From Heterodontus francisci (lineage: Eukaryota): a DNA stretch of 64,000 bases. This document shows, piece by piece, positions 1-12,282 of the stretch. Location of the stretch: NCBI RefSeq assembly GCF_036365525.1, contig NC_090372.1:16827630-16891629 (forward strand). The letters run 5' to 3'. The position numbers were made by a program, and so were the translations under genes. Position 1 is the stretch's first letter. Every line of letters starts with the position of its first letter. The notes below the pieces were generated by a model. The model was not told where the DNA came from. It worked only from the letters and a program-made list of their open reading frames with translations, and did not search any database.

Positions 1-1692
1 GAGATTACTTGTCATCTGTTTTCACTGTGGAGAACGACGATGTCGGTATAGAGATCAAGGAGGGGGATTGCGATATACTTGAACATATTAACATTGAAAG
101 GGAGGAAGTATTAGATGTTTTACCTGGCTTAACAGTGGATAAATCCCTAGGCCCAGATGAGATGAACCCCAGGTTGTTGTGTGAGGCAAGGGAGGAGATT
201 GCAGGGGCTCTGACACAAACTTTCAAATCCTCTCTGGCCATGGGAGAGGTGCCAGAGGACTGGAGGACAGCAAATGTGGTACCATTATTCAAGAAGGGTA
301 GCAGGGATAGACCAGGTAATTACAGGCCGGTGAGTTTAATATCAGTGGTTGGGAAACTAGTGGAAAAAATTCTGAGGGACAGGATTAATCTCCACTTGAA
401 GGCAGGGAATAATCAGGGATAGTCAGCATGGCTTTGTCGGGGGAGATCGTGTCTAACTAACTTGATTGAATTTTTCGAGGAGGTGACTAGATGTGTAGAT
501 GAGGGTAAAGCAGTTGATGTAGTCTACATGGACTTCAGTAAGGCTTTTGATAAGGTCCCGCATCGGAGATTGGTTAAGAAGTTAAGAGCCCATGGGATTC
601 AGGGCAATTTGACAAGTTGGATCCAAAATTGGCTCGGTTGCAGGAAACGGAGGGTAATGGTCGAGGGTTGTTTTTGTGAGTGGAAGCCTGTGACCAGTGC
701 TATACCACAGGGATTGGTGCTGGGACCCTTGCTATTTGTAGTGTACATTAATGATTTAGACATGAATATAGGAGGTATGATCAGTAAGTTTGCAGATGAC
801 ACGAAAATTGGTGGTGTCGTAAATAGTGAGGAGGAAAGCGTTAGATTACAGGACGATATAAATGGGCTGGCAAGATGGGCGGAGCTGTGGCAAATGGAAT
901 TTAATCCTGAGAAGTGTGAGGTGATGCATTTTGGGAGGACTAACAAGGCAAGGGAATATACAATGGATGGTAGGACCCTAGGAAGTACAGAAGGTCAGAG
1001 GGACCTTGATGTACTTGTCCATAGATCACTGAAGGCAGCAGCACAGGTAGATAAGGTGGTTAGGAAGGCATATGGGATACTTGCCTTTATTAGCCAAGGC
1101 ATAGAATATAAGATCAGGGAGGTTATGATGGAGCTTTATAAAACGCCAGTTATCCCACAGCTGGAGTACTGTATACAGTTCTGGGCAGCACACTATAGGA
1201 AGGATGTGATTGCACTGGAGAGGGTGCAAAGGAGATTCGCCAGGATGTTGCCTGGGCTGGAGCATTTCAGCTGTGAAGAGAGACTGGAAAGGCTAGGGTT
1301 GTTTTCCTTTGAGCAGAGAAGGCTGAGGGGGGACATGATTGAGGTATACAAAATTATGAGGGGCATTGATAGGTTAGTTAGGAAAAGACTTTTTCCCTTA
1401 GCGGAGGGGTCAATAACCAGGGGCATAGATTTAAGATAAGGGGCAGGAGGGTTAGAGGGGATTTGAGGAAAATATTTTTCACCCAGAAGGTGGTTGGAAT
1501 CTGGAGCACACTGCCTGAAGGGGTGGTAGAGACAGGAACCCTCACAACATTTAAGAAGTATTTAGATGTGCACTTGAAACACCACAGCATATAAGGCTGC
1601 AGGTCAAGTGCTGGAAAATGGGATTAGAATAATTAGGTGCCTGATGGCCAGCACAGACATGATGGGCCGAAGGGCTCTCTAACTCTATGACT
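1..1692 (+). mobile_element. CR1-clade LINE, 3' portion (RT, frameshifted) with 3' tail
   Basis: ORFs 9-422 and 462-1439 contain PGNYRPVSL, DFSKAFDKVPH and KFADDTK. Ends in gggccgaagggc...ctctatgactcta, a CR1-type tail. Confidence 0.93.
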
Positions 1693-2181
1693 CTATATCG
1701 TCCTGTAATCTAAAGCTGCCCTCCTCACTATTTACGACACCACCAATTTTCGTGTCTTCTGCGAACTTACTGATCACGTCTAAATCATTAATGTACATTA
1801 CAAACAGTAAGGGTCCCAGCACCAATCCCTGCGGTACACCACTGGTCACGGACTTCCACTCGCAAAAACAACCCTCGACCATCACCCTCTGCCTCCTGCC
1901 ACTAAGCCAATTTTGGATCCAATTTGCCAAATTGCCCTGGATCCCATAGGCTCTTACCTTCTTAACCAATCTCCCATGTGGGACCTTATCAAAAGCTTTA
2001 CAGAAGTCCATGTAGACTACATCAACTGCTTTACCCTCATCTACACATCTAGTCACCTCCTCAAAAAATTCAATCAAGTTAGTTCGACACGATCTCCCCC
2101 TGACAAAGCCATGCTGACTATCCCTGATTAATCCCTGCCTCTCCAAGTGGAGATTAATCCTGTCCCTCAGAAATGTTTCCA
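1693..2181 (-). mobile_element. CR1 LINE internal RT fragment, inverted, same subfamily as 1-1692
   Basis: ORF 1685-2305(-) is near-identical in protein to the region encoded at 361-860(+). It abuts the tail of the first element. Confidence 0.9.
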
Positions 2182-2182
2182 A

Positions 2183-2977
2183 TTTGGGGAATGTCATGGT
2201 GGGGAGGAGGCCAGAAAATGCCTCCGGGAGAGGGTCACCACGTACCCTGACGCCGGGAAGGCCTAGCCCGATATTGCCGGTGGCAGCGAGGCTTCGTGGT
2301 GGCACTCCCCCCCCCCCCCACCCCCCACTCCGCCGCTCAGCGACAGGATCGTCATTTAAATATTTTAATTAATTAAAATCAATGAATTAATGAGACCTAT
2401 GTTCCTGCCATCGGTCCCGGTGCAATCTTTGTGCCACTGGCCAGTATTCCTGCGCCTTTGGATCCCCATCCGCAAACCGATGCTGAACACTGGTGAGGAG
2501 GGGGGAGGAGGTAAGTTTCTCAGTGAGGGATGGGGGGGAGCGGGGTCAAAGTAATATCATTGGTGCGGGGGTTGCTGGGAAGTGATATAGTTTAAAATAT
2601 TTATGCACTATGGGGGCAGGGAAAGGTCAGGGGGACAAGGTAAGTGTTTTGCGGGGGAGAGAGCAAGTAATTAATTTAATTGTTGTTGAAGGGGCTGGGA
2701 AACAGACAGAATAAATGTATTTAACTTTTTTTATTAAATGTCTTTAAATATTTAAATGGAACGGTAGGGCTCAAAGCCCTTTCAAAATGGCATCAGCACC
2801 TACACACAAGCAGCTGACGCCAATTCTGGGGACTGACAGCCCACCCCTCCACATCATCGGGAGGGGCGATCCACCTCTTTAAATGAACCACCGCGCTTAA
2901 TTTCACGACGGCTCCACGACGGCCATTGTTTTCGCCAGCCACTGAAAGTGGCGGCAGGAGTATGAATTTCAGCCCCC
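2183..2977. mobile_element. GC-rich MITE-like element (possibly PIF/Harbinger-derived)
   Basis: Ends in gaatttcagcccc, the reverse complement of the GGGCTGAA(A/T)TT terminus seen at several other elements in this window. Left end unclear. Confidence 0.35.
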
Positions 2978-3260
2978 AGTCTCTGAATGTGAGGCTAAAT
3001 TCCAAAACGTGATATAAACCAATATTTGCAATCCTGTTAACTTCAAATACTAGTTTATTCTATAACCATAGTTAAATCAATATTTGCAAATGTATCAGCA
3101 CATAATTCATCATGGACAATGATAATTTATTAGTTCAATTATGTTGTACTGTCCATTCTCAATTTTTCAGAATGGTTTGTTATGCTGGTGTAACTATATA
3201 CAATTGTTTTTCTTCACCTTGGTAGATTCATATAATTTATATTGACTCTCATTTCCTTAG

Positions 3261-3398
3261 GTATCGCATCATTGCTAGTTTCATTCCTGGTTGGTTTATA
3301 TTACAACAGCATAATTGCCTTGGTTTTATGGTACATCTTTAATTCATTCCAAGATCCTCTGCCCTGGAGCAGATGTCCGATGACAGAAAATAATACAG
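3261..3398 (+). CDS. SLC6A19: SLC6A19 (B0AT1) coding exon 3, 138 bp
   Basis: Acceptor ttccttAG at 3259-3260 and donor GTacag at 3399. Encodes [46 protein letters not shown] (SLC6 TM3/EL2). Phase 1-1. Confidence 0.93.
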
Positions 3399-4370
3399 GT
3401 ACAGATTTATCTTCTATTTTACAAAATGTCTTACTTTTTCTCAAGTGCAGCACTTTATCCACAAGGATCAGCGGAAAATGACAGGGCTTCAAGTTGTGAA
3501 ATCTGGACAGAATCAGAATAGGCAGTTGCCAAAATGTTACATGCATATTGCTAGCAGAATAATGTAACTCTGGTGAGCAGAACTGTAGAAGATGGTGGAA
3601 GTAACTGCCAGCTTTGCACTTGTGTCTGCCATTCCCAGGATTTCCCATCAGATGTGGCAGATGAGAGGGGGGGGGGGCTGTTGGGGGGGGGGCTGTTGGG
3701 GGGGGGGGGGCGGCACGGGGACTGCCAAGAATTTATCTGTGCAAATGTGGGCAAATAGAGTCAAAAAGCTGATAACAAAACTCTGTCATATGGCATAGTT
3801 TCCATAATTTGTGTCCTAGCAGCATTTGTCACAGGGAATACTCATGTATTCCATTGGTGAAATATTGCTAAGGGCAGCAAAGTGGGTATTTAAAGATTAA
3901 AGGTGCCAGAGTGTCTGTGTAATGAATCAAACCGGTGTATTTATTCTGTTTGAGTTGAGCAATTAGTGGAATTTGAAATTTAGAAATAGAGATTGTCTTT
4001 GTCTAACAAGGCAGGGTTCACCTTATTCCTCTTACACATCTTTTAATTTCTCCTTTCTAATTCCTGCTGCTAGATGATTTCTGCGTAGCAGAACATTCCC
4101 CATTTCAAGCACAGATTATTTAAGCTTTCTCAACACCAGTGAGCTATCCCCAGTGTTGGAGTAGCCTTCATAACCTCTAGGATCTTGGCGTCCATATCAG
4201 ACATCACCAGCACCAGTGTGTTAACTCTAACTGTTAGGCACAAGAAACTTTACATGGCCATTGCCTACCTTCAGCTATTTGCCATTAAGACATTGCATTT
4301 ATATAGCACTAGTGACATCCTCAGGATATCCCAAAGAACTTCACATTCAGTAAAATACTTTTGAAATATA

Positions 4371-4750
4371 GGCTGGAATTTTACACCACTCCAGCGAGCT
4401 GGATGGTGGCGAGGGGGTGGCGTAAAATGGAGTGGGAGGCTCCGGGAGGCCTTCCTGGCCCACTCCCGCCTCCACCCCACTTTACGTGGGCTGCGGGGGA
4501 GCGAGAAATGGGCAGCCCGCCCTAGGCCAATCGAGGCCCTTAAGTGTTGGCCACTTAGGGCCTTCACCCGTCTCCACGGGTATTTTACCCGTGGCAGGCA
4601 GGCGTCCGATAGACATAAAAGGCCGCCCAGCGATACCTGGCGGCCTTCCAGCGCATTGCGGGGGGCCCTGACCATCGGGCACTTCCCCAACCACCCCCAG
4701 GACCCAAGACACTCCCCCCCCCCGCGCAAACGACCACGATTGGCCGGCAG
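4371..4750. mobile_element. MITE-like element, same family as 29096-29847
   Basis: Starts ggctggaattttac. Shares the internal block ggccaatcgaggcccttaagtg...ggtattttacc with the 29.2-kb copy. Confidence 0.45.
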
Positions 4751-5055
4751 CTCATTGAGGCGTGTTAAAGTGGGATAACTAAATGAACCACTCAATACTC
4801 AGGTCTGTTCCTATCGTCAAATGGTTTAATGATTTACACCGGTGGGGAGCAAGATGCTGGGCACATCATACGCTTCTCCAATGAACAAAGGAAAATCCGC
4901 AACAGATATACAGTTACTCAGCCCATCCCGACTGGACACAATCCAATCATAATAGTTATTGATTGCATACATTATATTCATTACCAATAAAATTACTAAT
5001 TATGCATCATGTGGTTGTGGGAACAGCTCATGGTACGCCCCTGACCATCTCAGGA

Positions 5056-5411
5056 TTTTTTTTTTTTATTTATTTCATTTAGAGATACAGCACTGAAACA
5101 GGCCCTTCGGCCCACCGAGTCTGTGCCGACCATCAACCAGCCATTTATACTAATCCTACACTAATCCCATATTCCTACCACATCCCCACCTGTCCCTATA
5201 TTCCCCTACCACCTACCTATACTAGGGGCAATTTATAATGGCCAATTCACCTATCAACCTGCAAGTCTTTTGGTGGTGGGAGGAAACCGGAGCACCCGGA
5301 GAAAACCCACGCAGACACAGGGAGAACTTGCAAACTCCACACAGGCAGTACCCGGAATCGAACCCGGGTCACTGGAGCTGTGAGGCTGCGGTGCTAACCA
5401 CTGTGCCACCC
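5056..5411 (-). mobile_element. tRNA-derived V-SINE (HE1-like)
   Basis: Reverse complement of 26897-27249: tRNA head, V-domain (gtgtggagtttgcaagttctccc), CR1-type tail gggccgaagggcctgtttcagtgctgtatctct. Confidence 0.88.
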
Positions 5412-5859
5412 AAATGTTTACCAAATCCCCTTATCAACTATCCTTGAATCTTCATAATGAATCCTTCTACCTTTATCAGGCCTGCATTCCTAGTTGCTTT
5501 GTGCAGTCCGCAATTAGACAGAGCCGCTGTCCTATGCACTGATATGAGGGGCCATCCTTGGTCAGGCTAGCAGTACCATTCTCTAACTGATTCCACAGTG
5601 CCTTTGATAAATGCTCCATTTTGTATGTATGTGTATCTATGTATATATCTATTTAGCTGCATCGGCCACAATTTTCCCCCTACAGGCAGGACTTCCTCCC
5701 TCAAGCGAGTGGAAGTCCTGCCTCTGAACAGCTAAAACCTGGGGACCCGTAAAATATGGGTTGGATCCCCTGGCTGGGCGGATGTGGGTTTGCCATCGGT
5801 GGCCAGCCGCCATCCGCCCGTTGTAAAATCCAGCCCATTGTCACTGTTGTAAAGTAGGA

Positions 5860-6150
5860 AGCATGCAGCAAGAACTGGATAGCATTCAGGTTTGGGTTCA
5901 TAAGTGGCAAGCAACATTCGTGCCACAGAAATGTAAGGCAATGACCATCTCCAATAAGAGAGAGTTTAACCACCTCCCCTTGGCTTTCAATGGTATTAGC
6001 ATCACCAAATTCCCCCACCATCAACATCCTGGGGGTTACCATTGATCAGAAACTCAACTAGACCAGCCATGGCTACTAGAGCAGGTCAGAGGCTGGGTAT
6101 TTTGTGGCAAGTGACTCACCTCCTAACTCCCCAAAGCCTCTCCACCATTA
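5860..6150 (+). mobile_element. LINE fragment, CR1/L2-group 'family B'
   Basis: ORF 5863-6045 (MQQELDSIQVWVHKWQATFVPQKCKAM) is homologous to ORF 20103-20546(-). Confidence 0.75.
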
Positions 6151-6156
6151 GTCCAG

Positions 6157-6518
6157 AAAGAGTGTTAATGGCAGAATAATGAGCAGCTGTGTCTACATGA
6201 AAAACAGACACATGGTTAAAAACAAAATAATAAAAAAAAGAAAAATATTTTAAAAAGGCCAGTCATGCTCTGAAATTATTGAACTCAATGTTCAGTCCGC
6301 AAGACTGTAGAGTGCCTAATCGAAAGATCATGTGCTGCTCCTCGAGCTTGCGTTGATGTTCACTGGAACACTGCAGCAGGCCAAGGACACAAATGTGGGC
6401 ATGAAAGCATGGTGGGTGTTGAAATTGGAAGCCACCGGAAGTTCGGGGTCATGCTTTCGGACTGAGTGGAGGTGTTCTGCAAAGGGGTCACCCAAGCTGC
6501 GTTTGGTCTCCCCAGTGT
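6157..6518 (-). mobile_element. Penelope-like element fragment (GIY-YIG C-terminus and 3' UTR)
   Basis: Homologous to 22914-23170 (gtcatgctctgaaattattgaactcaatgttcagtcc...gcgtttggtctcccc) and to 27360-27470. Confidence 0.8.
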
Positions 6519-6666
6519 TTTATTTTAGCACTAAAGTGGGAGTCTGATGGAGAGAGGCTGTTGTGCTACCTGGTTGGAAAGATTAGGATTTTATTGGGCA
6601 AGCTCCTGGTTGCAGTATTCTCATGGCTATCACTATTCTCATCTACTATTTTTATTTATGTTTTAG

Positions 6667-6848
6667 ATGTTGTAGATGAATGTGCCAGGAGCTCTCCAGT
6701 AGATTATTATTGGTACAGGGAAACCTTAAACATTTCAACTGGTATTGAAGATTCAGGTACTATCCAGTGGTGGCTGTTACTCTCTCTTATATGTGCTTGG
6801 GCTGTGCTGTATGTATGCACAATCAGAGGCATTGAAACAACTGGCAAG
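6667..6848 (+). CDS. SLC6A19: SLC6A19 coding exon 4, 182 bp
   Basis: ttttAG acceptor, GTactg donor. Encodes [60 protein letters not shown], closely matching recalled B0AT1 sequence. Confidence 0.95.
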
Positions 6849-7655
6849 GTACTGTACAAATTTAATACATCTGTTTGTACAAATGTAAGTTTTCCATTGT
6901 GTAATTAAACAGCTCTGACAGTGCAATGGGCCTTAATTCTTTTCCTCATGCTCAGAATTACCCTTGGCAAACATTTAATGGGATATTATTGCATCTGAAA
7001 AGTGTGTACTGCCATTTCATCTTATACTACTTAGCTACATATGTAATGTAATGTCAATTTGTATTACGATGCATCATTAAAATATGCTATTGTGTTTTCT
7101 GGTAAACAATATCCATCAGAAGATTTTGCTTGTCTCACCCTCCCTGAGCAATAGCAAGTATCTTGCTTTAAAGGGGAGAAATCCAAGTTTTCTCCTCCCC
7201 TTCTCTCCTGAATGTGTCGACTCCTTGCTGGGTCACAGTTCCACAAACACTGGTCATTTTTTAATCTCAAGTATTCATGTGTCAGTCTTGATAGTTTTGT
7301 CAGGATATTTGAATGCAGAAGTTATCACAGCTAAGCCCAGTCCGATCCTCATCAGCAGACAACAGTCAATCTTCACTGTTGCATCTGTCACTGTAGCCAA
7401 CCCACAGTCAGCATGTTAAAAGTGACAGCAGCTGGCGGGACTGATATTATTCACGATAATCATGATAATCCACAGCTGAGATGTAATGCATTAAAATTAT
7501 ATTATAATCTGATACCCAATGAGCTTCGCTGATGGCTCACAGAGTTTGTAGAGCGAGTAGTTGAGCCACACGCACCAGGAAGGGCATGTTAGGCTGCAAA
7601 CGTGTGTTGAATTATCTGATAAGAGAGTCGCAATTGGTCTCAGTGCTGCTGGAGT

Positions 7656-9278
7656 CTTCTTTGGCCTCCTTATCTCGAAAGACAATGGATAAGCGCCTGG
7701 AGGTGGTCAGTGGTTTGTGAAGCAGCGCCTGGAGTGGCTATAAAGGCCAATTCTAGAGTGACAGGCTCTTCCACAGGTGCTGCAGAGAAATTTGTTTGTC
7801 GGGGCTGTTACACAGTTGGCTCTCCCCTTGCGCCTTTTTGCCTGCCAACTACTAAGTCTCTTCGACTCGCCACACTTTAGCCCCGTCTTTATGGCTGCCC
7901 GCCAGCTCTGGCGAACGCTGGCAACTGACTCCCACGACTTGTGATCAATGTCATGGGATTTCATGTCGCGTTTGCAGACGTCTTTAAAGCGGAGACATGG
8001 ACGGCCGGTGGGTCTGATACCACTGGCGAGCTCGCTGTACAATGTGTCTTTGGGGATCCTGCCATCTTCCATGCGGCTCACATGGCCAAGCCATCTCAAG
8101 CGTCGCTGACTCAGTAGTGTGTATAAGCTGGGGATGTTGGCCGCCTTGAGGACTTCTGTGTTGGAGATACGGTCCTGCCACCTGATGCCAAGTATTCTCC
8201 GGAGGCAGCGAAGATGGAATGAATTGAGACGTCGCTCTTGGCTGACATACGTTGTCTAGGCCTCGCTGCCATAGAGCAAGGTACTGAGGACACAGGCCTG
8301 ATACACTCGGACTTTTGTGTTCCGTGTCAGTGCGCCATTTTCCCACACTCTCTTGGCCAGTCTGGACATAGCAGTGGAAGCCTTTCCCATGTGCTTGTTG
8401 ATTTCTGCATCTAGAGACAGGTTACTGGTGACAGTTGAGCCTAGGTAGGTGAACTCTTGAACCACTTCCAGAGCGTGGTCGCCAATATTGATGGATGGAG
8501 CATTTCTGACATCCTGCCCCATGATGTTTGTTTTCTTGAGGCTGATGGTTAGGCCAAATTCATTGCAGGCAGCCGCAAACCTGTCGATGAGACTCTGCAG
8601 GCACTCTTCAGTGTGAGATGTTAAAGCAGCATCGTCAGCAAAGAGGAGTTCCCTGATGAGGACTTTCCGTACTTTGGACTTCGCTCTTAGACGGGCAAGG
8701 TTGAACAACCTGCACCCTGATCTTGTGTGGAGGAAAATTCCTTCTTCAGAGGACTTGAATGCATGTGAAAGCAGCAGGGAGAAGAAAATCCCAAAAAGTT
8801 GTGGGTGCGAGAACACAGCCCTGTTTCACGCCACTCAGGATAGGAAAAGGCTCTGATGAGGTGCCACCATGTTGAATTGTGCCTTTCATATTGTCATGGA
8901 ATGAGGTGATGATACTTAGTAGCTTTGGTGGACATCCGATCTTTTCTAGTAGTCTGAAGAGACCACGTCTGCTGACGAGGTCAAAGGCTTTGGTGAGATC
9001 AATGAAAGCAATGTAGAGGGGCATCTGTTGTTCGTGGCATTTCTCCTGTATCTGACGAAGGGAGAACAGTATGTCAACGGTCGACCTCTCTGCACGAAAG
9101 CCACACTGTGCCTCAGGGTAGACGCGATCGGCCAGCTTCTGGAGCCTGTTCAGAGCGACTCGAGCAAAAGCTTTCCCCACTATGCTGAGCAGGGAGATTC
9201 CACGGTAGTTGTTGCAGTCACCGCGGTCACCTTTGTTTTTATAGAGGGTGATGATACTGGCATTGCGCATTTCCTGGG
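7656..9278 (-). mobile_element. RTE-clade LINE, 5'-truncated, with 13-bp TSD
   Basis: RT motifs NYRGISLL, FIDLTKAFD, GVKQGCVLAP and LLFADD, plus the RTE C-terminus WLGHVSRMEDGRIPK and CSTCGRACHSRIGLYSH. TSD GTGCTGCTGGAGT at 7643-7655 and 9279-9291. Confidence 0.93.
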
Positions 9279-9649
9279 GTGCTGCTGGAGTAGGATGGGA
9301 TCAATCATCCACTTTAAGTGGTCTGAGTATCTGAACATCCGAAAATCATGGGTCAGAAAAGACCAACTGATTTATCAAGTTGTGATACATGATGAGTGAC
9401 GCATCACAGTTCGACAGTCCCCTGTTCACCAGCAGCCATGTAATCTCCAGGGATAGGCAAAAGAAAAAAAGCCAATTATGGTTGAAAAATCTGGAAAATT
9501 CATCTCCAAGCCCCTTAGCTGATTAGAAACTTATGATGTTACTGGATGAATGATTAGTACATTTGCATCAAATTCCTCTTTGCTGTTTCAATGGAAATGT
9601 TAATCTATTTGAAATAAACACTAAACACTAAACAAATAAACACTGGTGG

Positions 9650-9775
9650 GGATATAATGGGGAATATGGGATTAATGTAGGATTAGTATTAATGGGTGGT
9701 CGTTGGTCAGCACAGACTCAGTGGGCCGAAGGGCCTGTTTCAGTGCTCTGTCTGTATGACTGTGACTATGACTAA
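9650..9775 (+). mobile_element. V-SINE 3' fragment
   Basis: ggaatatgggattaatgtaggattagt...gggccgaagggcctgtttcagtgct matches the 3' half of the 26897 SINE. Confidence 0.7.
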
Positions 9776-9940
9776 AATAGTGCGGACAAGAGGTCATTTC
9801 AAGTTCGCGTGTTTATATTCACTAGTAGAAGAACGATGTTAATGAAAGTATCTGAAATTTAACCAGAATGTATGAACTAACTGCCTGACATATTTGGCTG
9901 CACTGGAGCAATACTTTTAATCTTTTTTCTTTTCCTCCAG

Positions 9941-10051
9941 GCTGTATATGTTACTTCTACCCTCCCTTATGTTGTACTTACAATTTTCTTGATTCGAGGG
10001 CTCACACTAAAAGGATCCGTTGATGGAATAAAATTTCTCTTTATACCAAAA
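9941..10051 (+). CDS. SLC6A19: SLC6A19 coding exon 5, 111 bp
   Basis: Polypyrimidine tract plus ccAG, donor GTAAGT. Encodes [37 protein letters not shown]. Not in the ORF track; read directly from the sequence. Confidence 0.95.
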
Positions 10052-10924
10052 GTAAGTATTTTTAGCTCTTTTTCTTTCCTTTTCAGGTTTTGAAACTTTT
10101 ATTATGCCTTCTTTTATTGAAATGAAATATGGAGGTAATTTTAACTCAAAAGAATGGGTAGATTGGGCTTGGGTCAGATGTTAAAATTTTCAAAATCTCA
10201 AACCCAACTCCAACTTGCCTCCAAGGTGCCTGCTTTCGGTTTTAACAGAGGCAGGATGTTGGGGACAGGCAACCCCAGGAGGCGGGTTAGTCAATTAAAT
10301 ATAATGAGGCTGTGTGCCTCATGTTTAAACTGCCTTCCAGATTTAACCTTGATTGGCTGGGTTTCCCTGGCTTCGGGAAAGGTCAATGCTTTTATAGCAC
10401 TGCTTGTGGGCCAAAGGAGAAGACGTGCTTTCTGTCAACCCACAAAACTTACCTGCTTTTCTGCTCACTACCAGACCCCCACCCTGTTCCTTATGATCGG
10501 ATGCACCCCCACGCGGGATTGGGATCGGGCTGTCCCTCAGTACAAAGAATGCCCCCCACAATCAGAACCCCCTGGGATTTGGTATCGGAGATTGGATCTC
10601 CTCACATCGGTGACCACTCTCACTCCTCCATGATCAGACCCTCCACCCCAGGATTGGAACCTCCCCACCCCCAAGATCGGACTGCTCCCCCCATTGAAAT
10701 TAGACCAGTCCCCTCCAGAGGTTGGTGGAACGGGAGCTAATGTAAGTCAGCGTAGTGATGATAGTGAATGGGAAATGGTACGACTTTGGATATTGCCAGT
10801 ACAGACTTGATAGGCTGAATGACCTAATCAATACTTTGTACAAATTTGTCATTCTATCTCCTTAGTCTTATGCTCTCTGCCCCCTATTTACAAATCCTTT
10901 AATACTGATGGTCTTTTTCATCAC

Positions 10925-11292
10925 TTTTTTTTTCAGATTCAGGGCCTTGCTGGTAAGGCCAGCATTTATTGTCCATCCCTAGTTGCCCTGATTTAATACA
11001 GTTGTGTGGCTTCCTTGGCCTATTCAGGGGGCTGCTAAGGGTCCTGTGTGGGATTAGAGTCACATATAGGCCAAACTGAGTGAGGACAGGAGGTTGCTTC
11101 CTTAAAGGATATTAGTGAACCAGCTGATTTTTTAAATGAAAATCTAATAGCTTCATGGTCACTATTTGCTTTACAGATACCAGCTTTTTATTTCCAGATT
11201 TTCTTTTAAATTAATTCAAATTCGCAAAAGGCCAGAGTGAGATTTGAATTCTGAATTATTATTAGTCAGTAACATAACCATTGCACTACCGT
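10925..11292 (-). mobile_element. tRNA-derived SINE sharing its 3' tail with 'family B' LINE
   Basis: Degraded reverse complement of 53331-53713. Tail ggccagcatttattgtccatccctagttgccct. Confidence 0.65.
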
Positions 11293-11479
11293 AACCTGCA
11301 TTCACATTGACAGGGAATGATCTATTTCATCCCCTAGGTTTCCCTATTCATTTATACCTTTCCAACTGAGTGTATATCCACACTCCTGGATTTTCTTCCA
11401 AAATGTCTGCACTGGGTTAGCCAGATTAAATTCTATCTACCACCTGTCTGTCCAATCTGCTAAACAATCGATGTTGATT

Positions 11480-11800
11480 AAATGTACACAAACTAGGGTT
11501 GCATTCCCTGGAATATAGAAGGTTAAGGGGTGATTTGATCAAAATTTTCAAGATATTAAGGGGAACAGAGAGGGTAGATTGGAAGAAACTATTTCCACTG
11601 TTTGGGGAGCATAGTCAAAAAATAGGAGTCATCCCTTTCAGGAGTGAAATTAGGAAATACTTCTTCACACAAAGGTGATTGAAGTTTGAAACTCTCTTCG
11701 GCAAACAGCAATTGATGCTAGATCAATCGTTAATTTTAAAACTGAGAGCGATAGATAGGCAAAGGTGGATTTATGGAGTTAAGTCGCAGATCAGTCATGA
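11480..11800 (+). mobile_element. CR1 LINE 3' fragment
   Basis: ctagggttgcattccctggaatatagaaggttaaggggtgatttgat (LGLxSLExRRLRGDLI-like) followed by a CR1 3' UTR. Confidence 0.7.
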
Positions 11801-12073
11801 TCTCAATGAATGGCAGAACAGGCTTGAGAGGCTAAATAACCTCCTCCTGTTCCTATGTTTACAGTGCTTCTCATTGCTTGACAAGCCTCCTACTTCTGTC
11901 ATCAGCAAATTTCCAAAAGGCACTCCTAATATATGGCTTATAAAAATATGGCTTATAAAAAATAAATATTCACTAAATTCTGCACAGCCATTTTGCCTAT
12001 TACCAAACCAAAAATTCTTATTGTCGAAGCCCTTTTGTTGAAAATAATACATCACTTTTCCTATGATTTCCAG

Positions 12074-12186
12074 GTGGAAGAGTTATCAAATCCAACCACT
12101 TGGTTAGATGCTGGAGCGCAAGTATTTTACTCCTTCTCTTTGGCCTTTGGAGGTCTCATATCCTTCTCCAGTTATAACTCTGTTCA
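12074..12186 (+). CDS. SLC6A19: SLC6A19 coding exon 6, 113 bp
   Basis: ttccAG acceptor, GTAAGT donor. Encodes [37 protein letters not shown] (TM6). Confidence 0.95.
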
Positions 12187-12282
12187 GTAAGTAGCACCTG
12201 ATATGTGCTCATCACCCAAACATTTAAATTAAAAGATAAATAATCAACGACTAACTGATTTCCTCTTTTCTTTATTCCACAG

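Noticed and set aside
1-3260. SLC6A19 exons 1-2
   Set aside because: No RPKWDNK or GAFxIP coding segment found here. They must lie upstream of the window.
11928-11965. Short tandem duplication (ATATGGCTTATAAAA x2)
   Set aside because: Ordinary slippage-type duplication with no evidence of function.
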